A DNA stretch of 64,000 bases. It comes from an uncultured delta proteobacterium. Its GTDB lineage: Bacteria > Myxococcota_A > Polyangia > Fen-1088. Of this stretch, positions 19,669 to 31,014 are shown piece by piece (the stretch's first letter is position 1; each line of letters opens with the position of its first letter). The stretch lies in contig CAVWIP010000015.1 of the NCBI GenBank assembly GCA_963755125.1, forward strand, positions 288,001 to 352,000, in the 5' to 3' direction. The notes beneath the pieces were generated by a model. It did no database searches, was not told the origin of the DNA, and saw only the letters and a program-made list of their open reading frames with translations. The position numbers were made by a program, and so were the translations under genes.

Positions 19669-20810
19669 TAAGCCACCCGCTTGTGAAAACGCAAACTGGC
19701 GATAGTCAACAGAGTCAGGCCGAAGCCGAGCAGGGCCAGCAGCCGCCACCAGATATCGACGAAGCCGGCGCCCTTGAGCAGGACGGCGCGCAGCACTTCG
19801 ATGTAGTAGCGAACGGGATTGAAATACGTGATGACCTGCAACCAGAAAGGCATGGCGCGAATCGGAGTCATCACGCCGGAAAGCAAGATGGCCGGCATGG
19901 CGAAAAGAAACCCGGCGAGAAATGCCTGCTGCTGCGTGCGACTGACCGTGGAAATCAAAAGGCCGATGCCCAGCGTGGAGAGGACATAGAGCACGGTTCC
20001 CATCGCGACCAGCAGCAGGCTGCCGTGCAGGGGGACGCCGAAGGTCCATACGCCAGCGGTCAGCACCAGCAAGACGTCGAAGCAGCCGATCACCAGGAAT
20101 GGTGTCATTTTCCCGATCAGGAGAAGAACAGGCCGGATGGGCGTGACCAGCACCTGCTCCAGCGTGCCCATCTCGCGCTCGCGTGCGAGCCCCATGGCGG
20201 TGACCAAAGTTGTCGTGATCACGAGCAAGATGGTCATCACGCCAGGGATCATGTAGGGCGGCGTCTCCAGGCTGGGGTTGAACCAGATGCGCGGTGTGGC
20301 CCGGATGAGCGCCAGCGGCGCGATCCCGGGTGCTGCCAGGCGTTGGTTGACCATCGCTTCGGCAGTCTCGCCGAAGTAGCGCGAGGCGGCCCCGGCCACC
20401 ACCACGGCGCGGTTGGGATCGCCGCCGTCGAGGATGACCTGCACCTCGGCCGGGCGCTGGGCGGCCAGGTCGCGTGCCAAGCCCGCGGGCAGCACCAGGG
20501 CGGCCGCTGCCTCGCCGGTCTGCAATTTGCGCTGGACCTCGCCCAGTTCCATGGTGTGGCCCGCGTCGCGCAGGGTTCCGTCAGCGAGCAGCCGGCGGAT
20601 ATGCTGGCGGCTTTGCGCGCTGGCATCGTGGTCGACCACCAGGGTGGGCACGTGGTCGAATTGGAAATCGACTGCGAAGCCGAACACCACGGTCTGCAGC
20701 AGCGGCGCGACGATGAGCATGAACATGATGCGCCGGTCGCGCACCGTCTGACGGATCTCCTTGCGCACGACCGCGCGCAACTGCACCGACCAGCGTGGGT
20801 TTGTGGTCAT
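19668..20810 (-). CDS. ABC-2 exporter permease (YbhR-like)
   Basis: RKEIRQTVRD, REREMGTLEQVLVTP, multiple TM helices; start MTTNPRW at 20810. Confidence 0.93.
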   Translation of the reverse strand: MTTNPRWSVQLRAVVRKEIRQTVRDRRIMFMLIVAPLLQTVVFGFAVDFQFDHVPTLVVDHDASAQSRQHIRRLLADGTLRDAGHTMELGEVQRKLQTGEAAAALVLPAGLARDLAAQRPAEVQVILDGGDPNRAVVVAGAASRYFGETAEAMVNQRLAAPGIAPLALIRATPRIWFNPSLETPPYMIPGVMTILLVITTTLVTAMGLAREREMGTLEQVLVTPIRPVLLLIGKMTPFLVIGCFDVLLVLTAGVWTFGVPLHGSLLLVAMGTVLYVLSTLGIGLLISTVSRTQQQAFLAGFLFAMPAILLSGVMTPIRAMPFWLQVITYFNPVRYYIEVLRAVLLKGAGFVDIWWRLLALLGFGLTLLTIASLRFHKRVA

Positions 20811-21928
20811 GCGAGTCTCCGCCGAAAGCGCGCCGTGGCCAGCGAGAGGATCGCCACGGCAAAAACCGATAGCGCGACGAGATCGGGCCAAAGCAGCGAC
20901 AGATCGCTGCCCTTGAGCATGATCCCGCGCATGGCGTGCACGAAGTAGCGTGCCGGGATGATTGACGACAGGGCTTGCAGGATGCGCGGCATGTTCTCGA
21001 TGGGCACCAGCATTCCCGACAGCAAGAGCGAAGGCAGCAGCGACGACAAGGCACCCGCTTGCGTGGCCACGAGCTGGCTGCGCGCCACCACCGAGATGAA
21101 CAGGCCCTGGCCCAGCATGCCGGCGACAAACAGAAACCCGACGGAAAAGAGCAAGGCCGCGCTGCCGCGAATGGGCACGTCGAAGATCACCGCGCCCACG
21201 GCGATCACCAGCAGAAGCTGCAGCATGCCGAGCCCGAGATAGGGCAGCAGCTTGCCGAGGACGATCTCCAGGCGGCTCACGGGCGAGGCAAAGAGTTGTT
21301 CCATGGATCCGCGTTCCCATTCCCCGGAAACCGTGAGCGCGGTCAACAACACCGCGGCGATGGCGAGCAGATACACGGCCAGGCCGGGAACCATGAACAG
21401 GGCCGAGCGGGCCTCGGGGTTGAACAAAGTGAACACCTTCACCTGCAGCGGAGGCTCGGCGGCGAGATCGAGGCGGCGCAGGCTCTCGGCGCGCACCAGG
21501 CCGTCGATTTTGCTCAGGATCTGGGTGGCCACCACGCCGTCAGCTCCGTCGACCATGAGCTGGACTTCGCCGTTGCGACCAGCGGCAAGCTCGCGTTGAT
21601 AGCCGGCGGGAATGGCCAACGCCGCCAGGGCCTGGCCCCGGCGAATCATGCGCAGGGCAGTCGGCTCGTCGCTGTCAGCCGCGACGACAAACTCGTGGCC
21701 CGCAGTGACGGCGCGAGCCAGGGCACGCGAGGCGACGCTGTGATCGCCGTCGAGCAGCACCAGGGGAATCCGGTCCATGTCGAAGCTGACGCCGAAGCCG
21801 AAGATGAGCAGCATGACCACCGGCATGGCCAGGGCCATGTACAGCGTCCGCGGATCGCGACGGATGTGCAGGACCTCCTTGGAAGCCATCGCGCCCACGC
21901 GAACCAGAAAGCGCAGGGGTCTGGTCAT
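20807..21928 (-). CDS. ABC-2 exporter permease (YbhS-like)
   Basis: KEVLHIRRDPR, EWERGSMEQLFASP. Confidence 0.93.
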   Translation of the reverse strand: MTRPLRFLVRVGAMASKEVLHIRRDPRTLYMALAMPVVMLLIFGFGVSFDMDRIPLVLLDGDHSVASRALARAVTAGHEFVVAADSDEPTALRMIRRGQALAALAIPAGYQRELAAGRNGEVQLMVDGADGVVATQILSKIDGLVRAESLRRLDLAAEPPLQVKVFTLFNPEARSALFMVPGLAVYLLAIAAVLLTALTVSGEWERGSMEQLFASPVSRLEIVLGKLLPYLGLGMLQLLLVIAVGAVIFDVPIRGSAALLFSVGFLFVAGMLGQGLFISVVARSQLVATQAGALSSLLPSLLLSGMLVPIENMPRILQALSSIIPARYFVHAMRGIMLKGSDLSLLWPDLVALSVFAVAILSLATARFRRRLA

Positions 21929-22865
21929 GGCGAGTGCGCCTCGCGAGGCCCGGCCACCACGGCCAGGAACACGTCTTCCAGCGTCGGCTGGCCAGTCTCG
22001 ACCTCCACAGCTTGCGCGCCTGCGTTGGTCAGGGCGGCCGAGATCGAGTCCGCGTTCCAGTCAGCGGGAGCCACTTGGAGGTGCAGGCCGGCGCCAAAGG
22101 GCTCGACCGCGATGATCCCAGGGCGGCTGCGCAAGCCGGCCGCGGCCGAAGCCAGGTTGCGACCGCGCACCGACAGCACGCGACCGGGGACGTATTGGCG
22201 CTTGAGCGCGGCGGGCGTGTCGAGCGCCACCAGCCGGCCGTCCACCATCAGGCCGATGCGGCCGCAGTACTCGGCCTCGTCGAGGTAGTGGGTGGTGACG
22301 AAGATGGTGGTGCCCTCGCGGGCCAGAACACGAATGAAGCGCCAGAAGTGGCGGCGGCTGACCGGATCCACGCCGGCGGTGGGCTCGTCGAGAAACAACA
22401 CCGCCGGCCGATGCAGGATGGCGCAGCCCAGGGCCAGACGTTGTCGGATGCCGCCCGGAAGCGACCCGGTGATCGCGTCGCGCTCGCGTTCCAGGTCGCA
22501 CAGGCGCAGAACCTCGTCGGCGCGGGCCGCCAGGTCCGGCCCGGAGAGCCCGTAGGCCCCGCCGAAGAAGTCGAGGTTGTCACGTACCGGCAGATCCAGG
22601 TACAGCGAGAACTTCTGTGACATGTAGCCGATGGAGGCCTTGACCGATTCGGGTGCGGATTTCACGTCGAAGCCAGCCACGCGCGCCTCGCCGGCCGTGG
22701 GCGCGAGCAGCCCGCACAACATCCGGATGGTGGTGGACTTGCCCGCGCCGTTGGCGCCCAGGTAGCCGAAGATTTCTCCGCGAGCCACCGAGAACGACAC
22801 GTCGTCGACCGCCAGGAACGATCCGAATCGGCGCGCAAGATGGATTGCTTCGATGGACGGCTCGT

Positions 22866-22869
<4 letters not shown>
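21925..22869 (-). CDS. ABC transporter ATP-binding protein
   Basis: GANGAGKS, LPGG, FLDEPTAGVDP; start MNEPSI at 22869. Confidence 0.94.
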
Positions 22870-23821
<952 letters not shown>

Positions 23822-23822
<1 letters not shown>

Positions 23823-24865
23823 CAGCGGCGCTCCGTTCCTGGCAACCTGACCTGCACGGGCATGCCCGCACGCAGTTTGCCTGCCGGGTTGGCCAGCACG
23901 ATTTCGACCGGATACACCAGGCGATCGCGATCGCTGCGCGTCTGGATATTGCGCGGGGTGAACTCGGCCTTGAAGGCCACGGTCGAGACCCGGCCTGCAA
24001 ACTCCTCGTCGGGATAGGCATCCGCGACAGCCAGCGCGGGCGCGCCCAGTTTGACCGCAGCCAGCTCGGCATTGGGAAGGTAGAACGTGGCGCGGACCTC
24101 GGAAAGGTCGAGCAGGCGCACCAGCGTGGTTCCCGGCGCAACCAACTCGCCTTCTTCATGGGGCAACTCGGTGACCCAGGCGTCGCGGGGCGCTGCAATC
24201 TCGCACTCGTCGACCAGCAGGCGAGCCCGAGCCAAGCTGGCCGCGGTCGCACGAGCGGTGGCATGGGCGGCCTGCGCTTGCGCTGCCGACGCCTTCCAGG
24301 TGGCGCCCGCCGCACCGACTTGAGCCAGGCTGGCGCGAGCCTGCGCGTGCAGGGCTTCCACCTGGTGGGCCAGGCCATCAGCGCTGGCGCGGGTCTGGTC
24401 GCGGCTCGACAACGCTACATCGTCGGTCAACCTGTCCAGCCGGCTGGCTTGCCGGAGAGTGGCGTCGCGCTGGGCGGACAGCGCCGCCGCCTGCGCCTCG
24501 GAGGCGACACGAGCAGCGCCGGCCACCTGCTGGGTGGCGCGGGTTGCCCCGATCGACGCCTCGGCCGCGCGGGCCTGCTCCTCGGCCGCGGTCAGGCGCT
24601 CCTGCGCCTCAGAGAGCGACGCGCGTGCATCCGCGCAGTCCAGGCTGACCAGCAGGTCGCCCTTCCTCACCACCGCGCCCTTCTTCACGTGCAGACGGGC
24701 CACACGCGCGCTGATGCGCGCCGAGAGGTCGACCTCGGTGCCCTCGATCTCGCCTGAGCCGCCTGTGGGCCCGCGCAAGGCGCGTTCCTGCACCCTCAGG
24801 CGCGTGGCCAGCAGGGCGGCGAGCGCGAGCACCAGGACGACGAGAACGATAACGACCCTTCGCAT
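23822..24865 (-). CDS. HlyD/YbhG-type membrane fusion protein
   Basis: N-terminal anchor, lipoyl halves, AEFTPRNIQT..DR. Confidence 0.93.
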
Positions 24866-24891
24866 GAAGACTCCTTGCTGGCTGGCAAGTC

Positions 24892-24907
24892 AGCAAACTT
24901 CATGCCG
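24892..24907 (-). promoter_or_regulatory. Sigma-54 (-24/-12) promoter of the exporter operon
   Basis: Minus strand CGGCATGAAGTTTGCT (GG-N10-GC), just upstream of the AAGGAG RBS of the HlyD gene. Confidence 0.7.
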
Positions 24908-24946
24908 TAAATCGCCGGGTCTTCTCGCTGCCCGCGCGCGCGAGAC

Positions 24947-24983
24947 TGTAAGGACTTCCGACAGCGTGTTCGGTTTTCCGACG
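24947..24983. promoter_or_regulatory. Candidate tandem enhancer sites for the NtrC-type activator
   Basis: TGTAAGGACTTCCGACA and TGTTCGGTTTTCCGACG, 17-mers at a 20-bp period. Confidence 0.5.
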
Positions 24984-25008
24984 GGAAGAAGAGTGCATCA
25001 CGTTTCGC

Positions 25009-25109
25009 GTAGGCGACCTGTGGTCGCCCCCGAAGTCCGGCGCCGAATCGCTTCGTCGCAGGGATTCGGCCGGTCGGGGCGCACCAAGGGGACCGCAGGT
25101 CGCCCCTGC
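25009..25109. repeat. Inverted REP doublet (REPIN-like)
   Basis: GTAGGCGACCTGTGGTCGCCCC (25009-25030) facing GGGGACCGCAGGTCGCCCCTGC (25088-25109). Confidence 0.7.
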
Positions 25110-25203
25110 ACCGTGCGTGCTGGCGCCCATGCGCCGGGTGTCGGTCGAAAGGGACATCTCTTTCCGGCACCAGTTTTGCTGTCCAAGGCGCGCGGACAAC
25201 AAC

Positions 25204-26532
25204 ATGAAATCAAGCAGAGCCCTTTTTCTAGTGCTGCTCGGTCTGGCGCGTCCTACATGGGCCGAAGATGAGCGAGCCCCAAAGACCCTGACCCTGGACC
25301 AGGCGCTGGTGGAACTGGACGCGCAGAGCCCCACCTTGGTTCAGGTTCGCAGCCGCGTGGTCGATGCGCGCGCGCTGGCCACACAAGCGAGGGTTCCGCT
25401 GGTTCCGACCGTGGTGGCATCGGGCGGGTACGCGCGCAACAGCGCCGACGCAATCGTCGACTTCAGCAAGATTCAACTGCCTGGCCTGCCCGCCGGCGCC
25501 TTGCCCTCGGGGCCGCTGGTCATTCAGCCTCTCGGCGTGTGGTCGGTCGCAGGCATGGTGCGCGTGCCCCTCATCATTCCCAACGCTTGGGCAGACTGGT
25601 CGGCCGCTCAGCGCGCTGCCGAGTCGGCGGCGGCCACGGCCGAATCCGCGCGCCTGCAACTGCGCGCCTCGCTGGCCGAGGCCGCCTGGGCAGCGGCCGC
25701 GGCCGAGGAGATCGTGTCCGTGTCGGAACGCGCAGTGACCGTGGCGGAAGAACACCAACGAAGCGCGGCCCGTGGCGTGACCGCCGGCACGGAAGCGCCC
25801 CTTTCGGTGCTCAGGGCCGAAACCGAAGTGGTCAAGCGCCAGAGCGATCTGGCGCAGGCGCGCGCCAACCGGGAACGCAGCCATTTGGCGCTGGGCGTGC
25901 TCTTGGGCAAGACCGAGCCGTTGCGCGTGCTGCTGCCGGCTGAGCCAGGCAGCGAGGCCGCGCGCGTCGTGGAAAGCCTGGTGGCCGAGGCGCTGCAGAG
26001 TCGGCCGGAGCTTGCGGCACAGTCGGCGCAGATCCGCACCGCCGAGGCGCAGGCAACCTCGGCACGACTGCGCTGGCTGCCGCAGATCTCGGGCAGCGGC
26101 ACGGTATTCGCCGCGGACGTGCCCTATCCGACGGGAAAGAAAGAAGGCTGGCGCCTGACCCTGGACGCGCTGTGGCCGCTCTACGACGGCGGGTTGGCCT
26201 TTGGCAAACGCGATCAAGCGGAAGCCGCGCTGGTTGCGGCGCGGGCCGGTGCCGAAGCCCAGCGGCTCAGCATCGTGCAGGAAGTGCAGGACACGCGCCG
26301 CGATGTCTCGGTGGCTAAAGAGCGCCTGCGCCTGGCCGAGCAACAGCGGGATCTCGCCACGGCCGCAGCAGCGTCGGCCAAGCGTACCTTCGAGGCGGGC
26401 GTGGCCAGCTCGCTCGACGTGCTGGACGCCAACGACAAGCTGTACCAGGCGGACGTGGCCATGGCCGACGCGCGCGGCAGGCTGGGCATCGCGCGCGTGG
26501 CGCTGGACCGGGCACTGGGGCGGATGCGCTGA
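25204..26532 (+). CDS. TolC-family outer membrane efflux protein
   Basis: Signal peptide MKSSRALF..., two OEP-like halves, PLYDGG, GVASSLDVLDA. Confidence 0.9.
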   Translation: MKSSRALFLVLLGLARPTWAEDERAPKTLTLDQALVELDAQSPTLVQVRSRVVDARALATQARVPLVPTVVASGGYARNSADAIVDFSKIQLPGLPAGALPSGPLVIQPLGVWSVAGMVRVPLIIPNAWADWSAAQRAAESAAATAESARLQLRASLAEAAWAAAAAEEIVSVSERAVTVAEEHQRSAARGVTAGTEAPLSVLRAETEVVKRQSDLAQARANRERSHLALGVLLGKTEPLRVLLPAEPGSEAARVVESLVAEALQSRPELAAQSAQIRTAEAQATSARLRWLPQISGSGTVFAADVPYPTGKKEGWRLTLDALWPLYDGGLAFGKRDQAEAALVAARAGAEAQRLSIVQEVQDTRRDVSVAKERLRLAEQQRDLATAAAASAKRTFEAGVASSLDVLDANDKLYQADVAMADARGRLGIARVALDRALGRMR

Positions 26533-27860
26533 TGACTGAAACGTCCTTAGCCGAGCTCGCCGAGAGCGCGCGTGACGATGCGGGCAGCCCCGGCTTCGAC
26601 GAGATCGAGCGCGAGGAGATGTCGCGCCTGTTCGGCCGCGTGGCATGGGCGCGCGTGGCGGTGCTGCCGGCTTTGGTGGGGTTGGTCATGTGGCTGCTGG
26701 CCACCGACGAGACACCGTGGCGGCGCTGGCTGCTCGGCACGCTCATCGTGCTGGCGTCGGCGGTCTTTCTGGTGGAAGCCGGGCGCCACCGCGGAGCGAG
26801 TTTCCGCCGCGGGACGATTCGCATCAACCTGACCTTCGCGGTCCTGGCGCAGGCCGGTGTCACCTTTGCCACCGGCGGTCTGGGCAGCCCATTTCTCTTC
26901 GCCATGTTTCCCATCGCCATGATCGTGGCCATCACCACGCGGCCGCCAGGTGTCTTCATTCTCATGGCCTGCCAGATCGCGGTTCTGTGGGCCATGGCCC
27001 TGGCCGAGGTCGAGGGTTTGATACCCAACCTGAATCTGGTTGCCTTCGGGGGCGGCTCGCGTGCGGGCTGGAGTGACACGCATCTTTTCGTCAATGCGGC
27101 CTTTGCCAGCGGCGGCTTGCTCATGGTGACCGGCCTCGGGCGAATCATCCGCGGCGCATTCGACGCCATGATTCGGCGTGCGCTTCGAGCGCGACAGGAG
27201 TCGGCGCATGCCCACGCCGAGCTGTCGGCGCTCTCCGGAGAGATCGCGCATGAACTGAAGAACCCTTTGGCCAGCGTAAAGGGCTTGGCCGGACTGCTGG
27301 CGCAAGATGTGGTCACGGGCAAATCAGGCGAGCGGCTGGCTGTGCTCAGGCGCGAAGTGGATCGCATGCAGGGCATCCTGGAGGAGTTCCTCAACTTTTC
27401 GCGTCCCCTGGTTCCGGTCGCGACTGAGAAGGTGGACATCGATGCCCTCTGTCGCGAAGTGGCGGCTCTGCACGAGGGCATGGCGCATGAACGCGGCATT
27501 TCGATCAAAGTGCGCGGGGCAGGCGCGACTGCGCTGTGCGATCCGCGCAAGATCGAGCAGATTCTGCTCAATCTGGTGCAGAACGCGCTGGAGGCGAGCC
27601 CGACAGGCGCGACCGTGGAGATTGAATCCAGCCACGACAGCGATTGCGTGCGGGTTCGCGTGCTGGATCGAGGCCCGGGTGTGGCAGCGGAACTTGCGGC
27701 CAGGGTCTTCGAGCCGGGCTTGACCAGCAAGGCGCAGGGCTCGGGCCTGGGCCTGACCATTGCGCGCGCCCTGGCCCGCCAGCACGGCGGGGATCTCGAG
27801 ATTGGGGCCCGCGAAGGCGGCGGCTGCGTGGCCGTGTTGCGCTTGCCTGCGACCCAATGA
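26532..27860 (+). CDS. Membrane sensor histidine kinase
   Basis: Several TM helices; EIAHELKNPL, NLVQNA, DRGPG, GSGLGL. Confidence 0.95.
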   Translation: MTETSLAELAESARDDAGSPGFDEIEREEMSRLFGRVAWARVAVLPALVGLVMWLLATDETPWRRWLLGTLIVLASAVFLVEAGRHRGASFRRGTIRINLTFAVLAQAGVTFATGGLGSPFLFAMFPIAMIVAITTRPPGVFILMACQIAVLWAMALAEVEGLIPNLNLVAFGGGSRAGWSDTHLFVNAAFASGGLLMVTGLGRIIRGAFDAMIRRALRARQESAHAHAELSALSGEIAHELKNPLASVKGLAGLLAQDVVTGKSGERLAVLRREVDRMQGILEEFLNFSRPLVPVATEKVDIDALCREVAALHEGMAHERGISIKVRGAGATALCDPRKIEQILLNLVQNALEASPTGATVEIESSHDSDCVRVRVLDRGPGVAAELAARVFEPGLTSKAQGSGLGLTIARALARQHGGDLEIGAREGGGCVAVLRLPATQ

Positions 27861-27951
27861 GGTCCTAGTCGCGCTGGAAGACGATCGCGCGTACCATTGC
27901 CGCCATGGCCAAGGTCAACGCCGACCAGACCGGGTTGCTCATCGGCGACTC

Positions 27952-29304
27952 ATGTTGAAACCACGCGTGCTGGTGGTCGACGACGACGAAGGCGTTCGCT
28001 ATACCCTGCGCGAGATCCTGGAGTCGTCTGGCCTGGAAGTGGAGGTTGCGCGCGACGGGGTTGAGGCGCTGGAACGCCTGCAGCTTCAGCCGGCGCAGTT
28101 GGTGGTGACCGATCTGCGCATGCCTCGCATGGATGGCATGGAACTTTTGCGCAAGCTGATGGCACAGAATCCGGCCCCGCGCGTGGTTGTGATCACGGCC
28201 CACGGCTCGGAACGTCAGGCGGTGGAGGCCATGAAGGCCGGTGCGCACGACTACTTCCGCAAGCCCTTCGAGGCTGACGAGCTGGTCGCGGTGATCAAGC
28301 GGGCCACCGAGGCGGCGCGGCTGGCGCTGGAGAACGAGCGGCTGCGGGGCGAGCTGGCGCTGTCGCGCACCCTGGTTTTTGCGTCCGAGGCCATGAGCGC
28401 GCTGGCCGTGTTGGTGGGCCGGGTAGCCCCGCGCGACAGCACCGTGTTGATCACCGGCGAGAGTGGCACCGGCAAGGAACGGCTGGCCGAGGCCATCGTG
28501 CGGGCCTCGCGGCGCGCGGCCAAGCCTTTCGTGCGCTTCAACTGCGCGTCGCTGACCGCCGAGCTGGCCGAGGCCGAGCTGTTCGGTCACGTGCGCGGTG
28601 CTTTCACCGGTGCGGTGCGGTCGCGTGCCGGTCTGTTTGGCGAGGCCGACGGCGGCACAGTGCTGCTCGACGAGGTGAGCGAGCTGGCCCTGTCCCTGCA
28701 GGGGATGTTGTTGCGAGCGCTGCAAGAGGGTGAGATCCGTGCCGTGGGCGAAGATCGCCCGCGCCACGTAGACGTGCGCGTGCTGGCGGCCAGCAACCGC
28801 GATTTGAAGGCCGAGGTGGCGCGAGGCGCGTTTCGCGAGGATCTGTACTGGCGCCTCGCCGTGGTGGAATTGCACATTCCGCCGCTGCTCGAGCGGCCCG
28901 ACGACATCCCCGTGCTCGCCCGGCACTTTCTCGACCGAGCCGCCGAACGTCTGGGAGCTGCGCCGTTTGACATGACGGATGCGCTGCTGGCGCGCCTGGC
29001 GGCGCACAACTGGCCGGGCAACGTGCGCGAATTGCAGAACGCCATCGAGCGCCTGGTGGCGCTGTCCCCCGAGGGCGAACTCGATCTGTCGCTGCTGTCG
29101 CCGGGCCGGCCGTCATCGTCATCCGACGATCAGTCGCGTCTGCGCGACAAGGTCGACGCCTACGAGCGCGGCTTGATCGTCGATACCTTGCGCGCCTGCG
29201 CAGGCAATCGCAGCGAGGCCGCGCGCCAGCTCGGCATCTCGCGCGTGACCTTGCACGACAAGCTGAAGAAGCACGGAATCGGCAATAGCGACGACGCAGC
29301 ATAG
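27952..29304 (+). CDS. Sigma-54-dependent response regulator (NtrC/AtoC family)
   Basis: VVDDD, TDLRMP, GESGTGKE, GAFTGA, WPGNVREL, Fis-type HTH; start ATG 27952. Confidence 0.96.
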   Translation: MLKPRVLVVDDDEGVRYTLREILESSGLEVEVARDGVEALERLQLQPAQLVVTDLRMPRMDGMELLRKLMAQNPAPRVVVITAHGSERQAVEAMKAGAHDYFRKPFEADELVAVIKRATEAARLALENERLRGELALSRTLVFASEAMSALAVLVGRVAPRDSTVLITGESGTGKERLAEAIVRASRRAAKPFVRFNCASLTAELAEAELFGHVRGAFTGAVRSRAGLFGEADGGTVLLDEVSELALSLQGMLLRALQEGEIRAVGEDRPRHVDVRVLAASNRDLKAEVARGAFREDLYWRLAVVELHIPPLLERPDDIPVLARHFLDRAAERLGAAPFDMTDALLARLAAHNWPGNVRELQNAIERLVALSPEGELDLSLLSPGRPSSSSDDQSRLRDKVDAYERGLIVDTLRACAGNRSEAARQLGISRVTLHDKLKKHGIGNSDDAA

Positions 29305-29467
29305 GGCGACCGCGCAAGCCCGCGATAGCCACAGGACGTCGTGGTCGTGGCCGTGGCCGGAGTGATCTGCTATCCACGGCGCTCGCTCTACCTGGCGTCC
29401 CACGTCGGGCTGGGGCGGGATGTTGAGCGGGTCCGGTGGCCGGACTCCGGGTGAAAGGGCGACGAAC

Positions 29468-29490
29468 GGGCGACCGCAGGTCGCCCCTAC
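29468..29490 (-). repeat. Canonical GTAG-type REP copy
   Basis: Minus strand GTAG-GGGCGACC-TGC-GGTCGCCC; its TAG is the stop codon of the DoxX gene. Confidence 0.75.
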
Positions 29491-29942
29491 CGCTTCGCCG
29501 GCGCGCCGCCGCCGCCTTTGCGGAAGCGCTTCCACACCACGGCGTCCAGCGCCCAGCGGCCGCAGCCGAGCATCAGGATGGCCACGCTGGCCGTCAGGTA
29601 CAGCACGGTGGCCTCGCGCTGTCGCCAGGGCAAGCCGGCCTCGCCGGAGAACAAGGTCAGTCCCAGGCTGAAGGCGAGCAACAGGGCCGCCAGCCGACCG
29701 GCCAGGCCAAGCGCGACCAGGATTCCCGCCACGAATTCCGCCGCCACTGCCAGCATGAAGCTGTGGCGATGGTCCATGCCAAGGTGCTCAGGGAAGCTGC
29801 TCGCAAGCTGACTGTAGCGGCGCACTTTGTCCAGGCCGTGCAGGAGCACGATGTTGACCCCCACGCCCAGGCGCAGGACGAAGAGCCCCAAGTTTACGGA
29901 ATTCTCTCTACTGAAGATTGCCACGGGCTCAGCGTGGCACAT
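29487..29942 (-). CDS. DoxX family membrane protein (start may be GTG 29924)
   Basis: LGLFVLRLGVG..HGLDK, AEFVAGILVALGL, GCGRWALD. Confidence 0.88.
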   Translation of the reverse strand: MCHAEPVAIFSRENSVNLGLFVLRLGVGVNIVLLHGLDKVRRYSQLASSFPEHLGMDHRHSFMLAVAAEFVAGILVALGLAGRLAALLLAFSLGLTLFSGEAGLPWRQREATVLYLTASVAILMLGCGRWALDAVVWKRFRKGGGGAPAKR

Positions 29943-29978
29943 CTGAACGAAAGGCCAAAAATTTCGGGCGATTCGTGA

Positions 29979-30965
29979 CTACCCGCGCTTCATGGCGTCG
30001 GTCACTTCGTCCACCGTGGTCAGGCCGGAACGCGAGCCCAGGCTGCGGCACGCCAGTCCTGCGGCGGCGTTGGCAAAGGGCAGGGCGCGCTCCAGCGGCC
30101 AGTGCTTGAGCTGGGCGTAGGCGAAGGCACCGCAGAAGGCGTCGCCCGCTCCGGTGGTGTCTTCCACGAACACGTCGATGGCGTCCTGCTGGACCAGCTT
30201 GCTGCCCTCCAGGGCGACCGCGCCGGCCTCGCCCATGGTGATGACCGCGATGCGCGGGCCCAGCCGCGTGATCTCGCGCAGGCTGTGCGCCAGCTCGTCC
30301 GAGGGCGCCAGCTCGTTGGCAAAACGCTCTGACCCCACCACGATGTCGGATAGGGTCAGCAGTTCGCCCATGCCGCCCGAAAGCTGGCTGGCGTTGAGCA
30401 GCACCGTGATTCCCTTGGCGCGCGCCTTTTCCGCGACGGCGGCCTGCAGGGCCGGCTGCGACCCGTCGATGCACAGCAGGCCCGCGCCGTCGAGCAATCG
30501 GTCCGGTAGATCGCGCGTGGACAGCGGCGTGACGTTGCCCCGGGACACGAAGACCTTGCGCTTGTGGCTCAGTTCATCGATCTGGATGATCGAGACCGGA
30601 GACACCTTGCCCTTCTCGATGGCCAGCAGGGACGTGTCGATTTGTAGCTGTTCCAGCGAGCGCAGGATGAAACGGCCGAACTCATCGTCGCCCACGCGAC
30701 CGAAATAGCGGCCGCGAACCCCGAAGGTGGACAACACGGCCAGGATGTTGGTGGCGGAACCTCCCCCCTGCATGCTGAAGACCGATACCTCCACCAGCCG
30801 CTGCTCGACGCGCGGAACTACGCAAAGCAGGTCAACCGTCGCCAGGCCCACGCCCACCGCCAGATCGCCGTGTGGCGCAGCCGCGCCTCGACGGGAAGCC
30901 GGTCGGGTCACAGTCGCTGGCGTCTTCTTGCGGAGGGGTTTGCGGGGCGGGCGCGCTTTGACCAC
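29979..30965 (-). CDS. PfkB-family carbohydrate kinase
   Basis: GGSATN, VGDDEFG, ITMGEAG, DTTGAGDAF. Confidence 0.93.
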   Translation of the reverse strand: MVKARPPRKPLRKKTPATVTRPASRRGAAAPHGDLAVGVGLATVDLLCVVPRVEQRLVEVSVFSMQGGGSATNILAVLSTFGVRGRYFGRVGDDEFGRFILRSLEQLQIDTSLLAIEKGKVSPVSIIQIDELSHKRKVFVSRGNVTPLSTRDLPDRLLDGAGLLCIDGSQPALQAAVAEKARAKGITVLLNASQLSGGMGELLTLSDIVVGSERFANELAPSDELAHSLREITRLGPRIAVITMGEAGAVALEGSKLVQQDAIDVFVEDTTGAGDAFCGAFAYAQLKHWPLERALPFANAAAGLACRSLGSRSGLTTVDEVTDAMKRG

Positions 30966-31014
30966 GGGCTCATGCTACCACCCCATGAAAATTTTTCTTC
31001 TTCCACCGCGTAGT

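Noticed and set aside
29381..29390. GCTCGCTCTA matching the IS5 right end
   Set aside because: Only 10 bp with no further TIR match; compatible with chance
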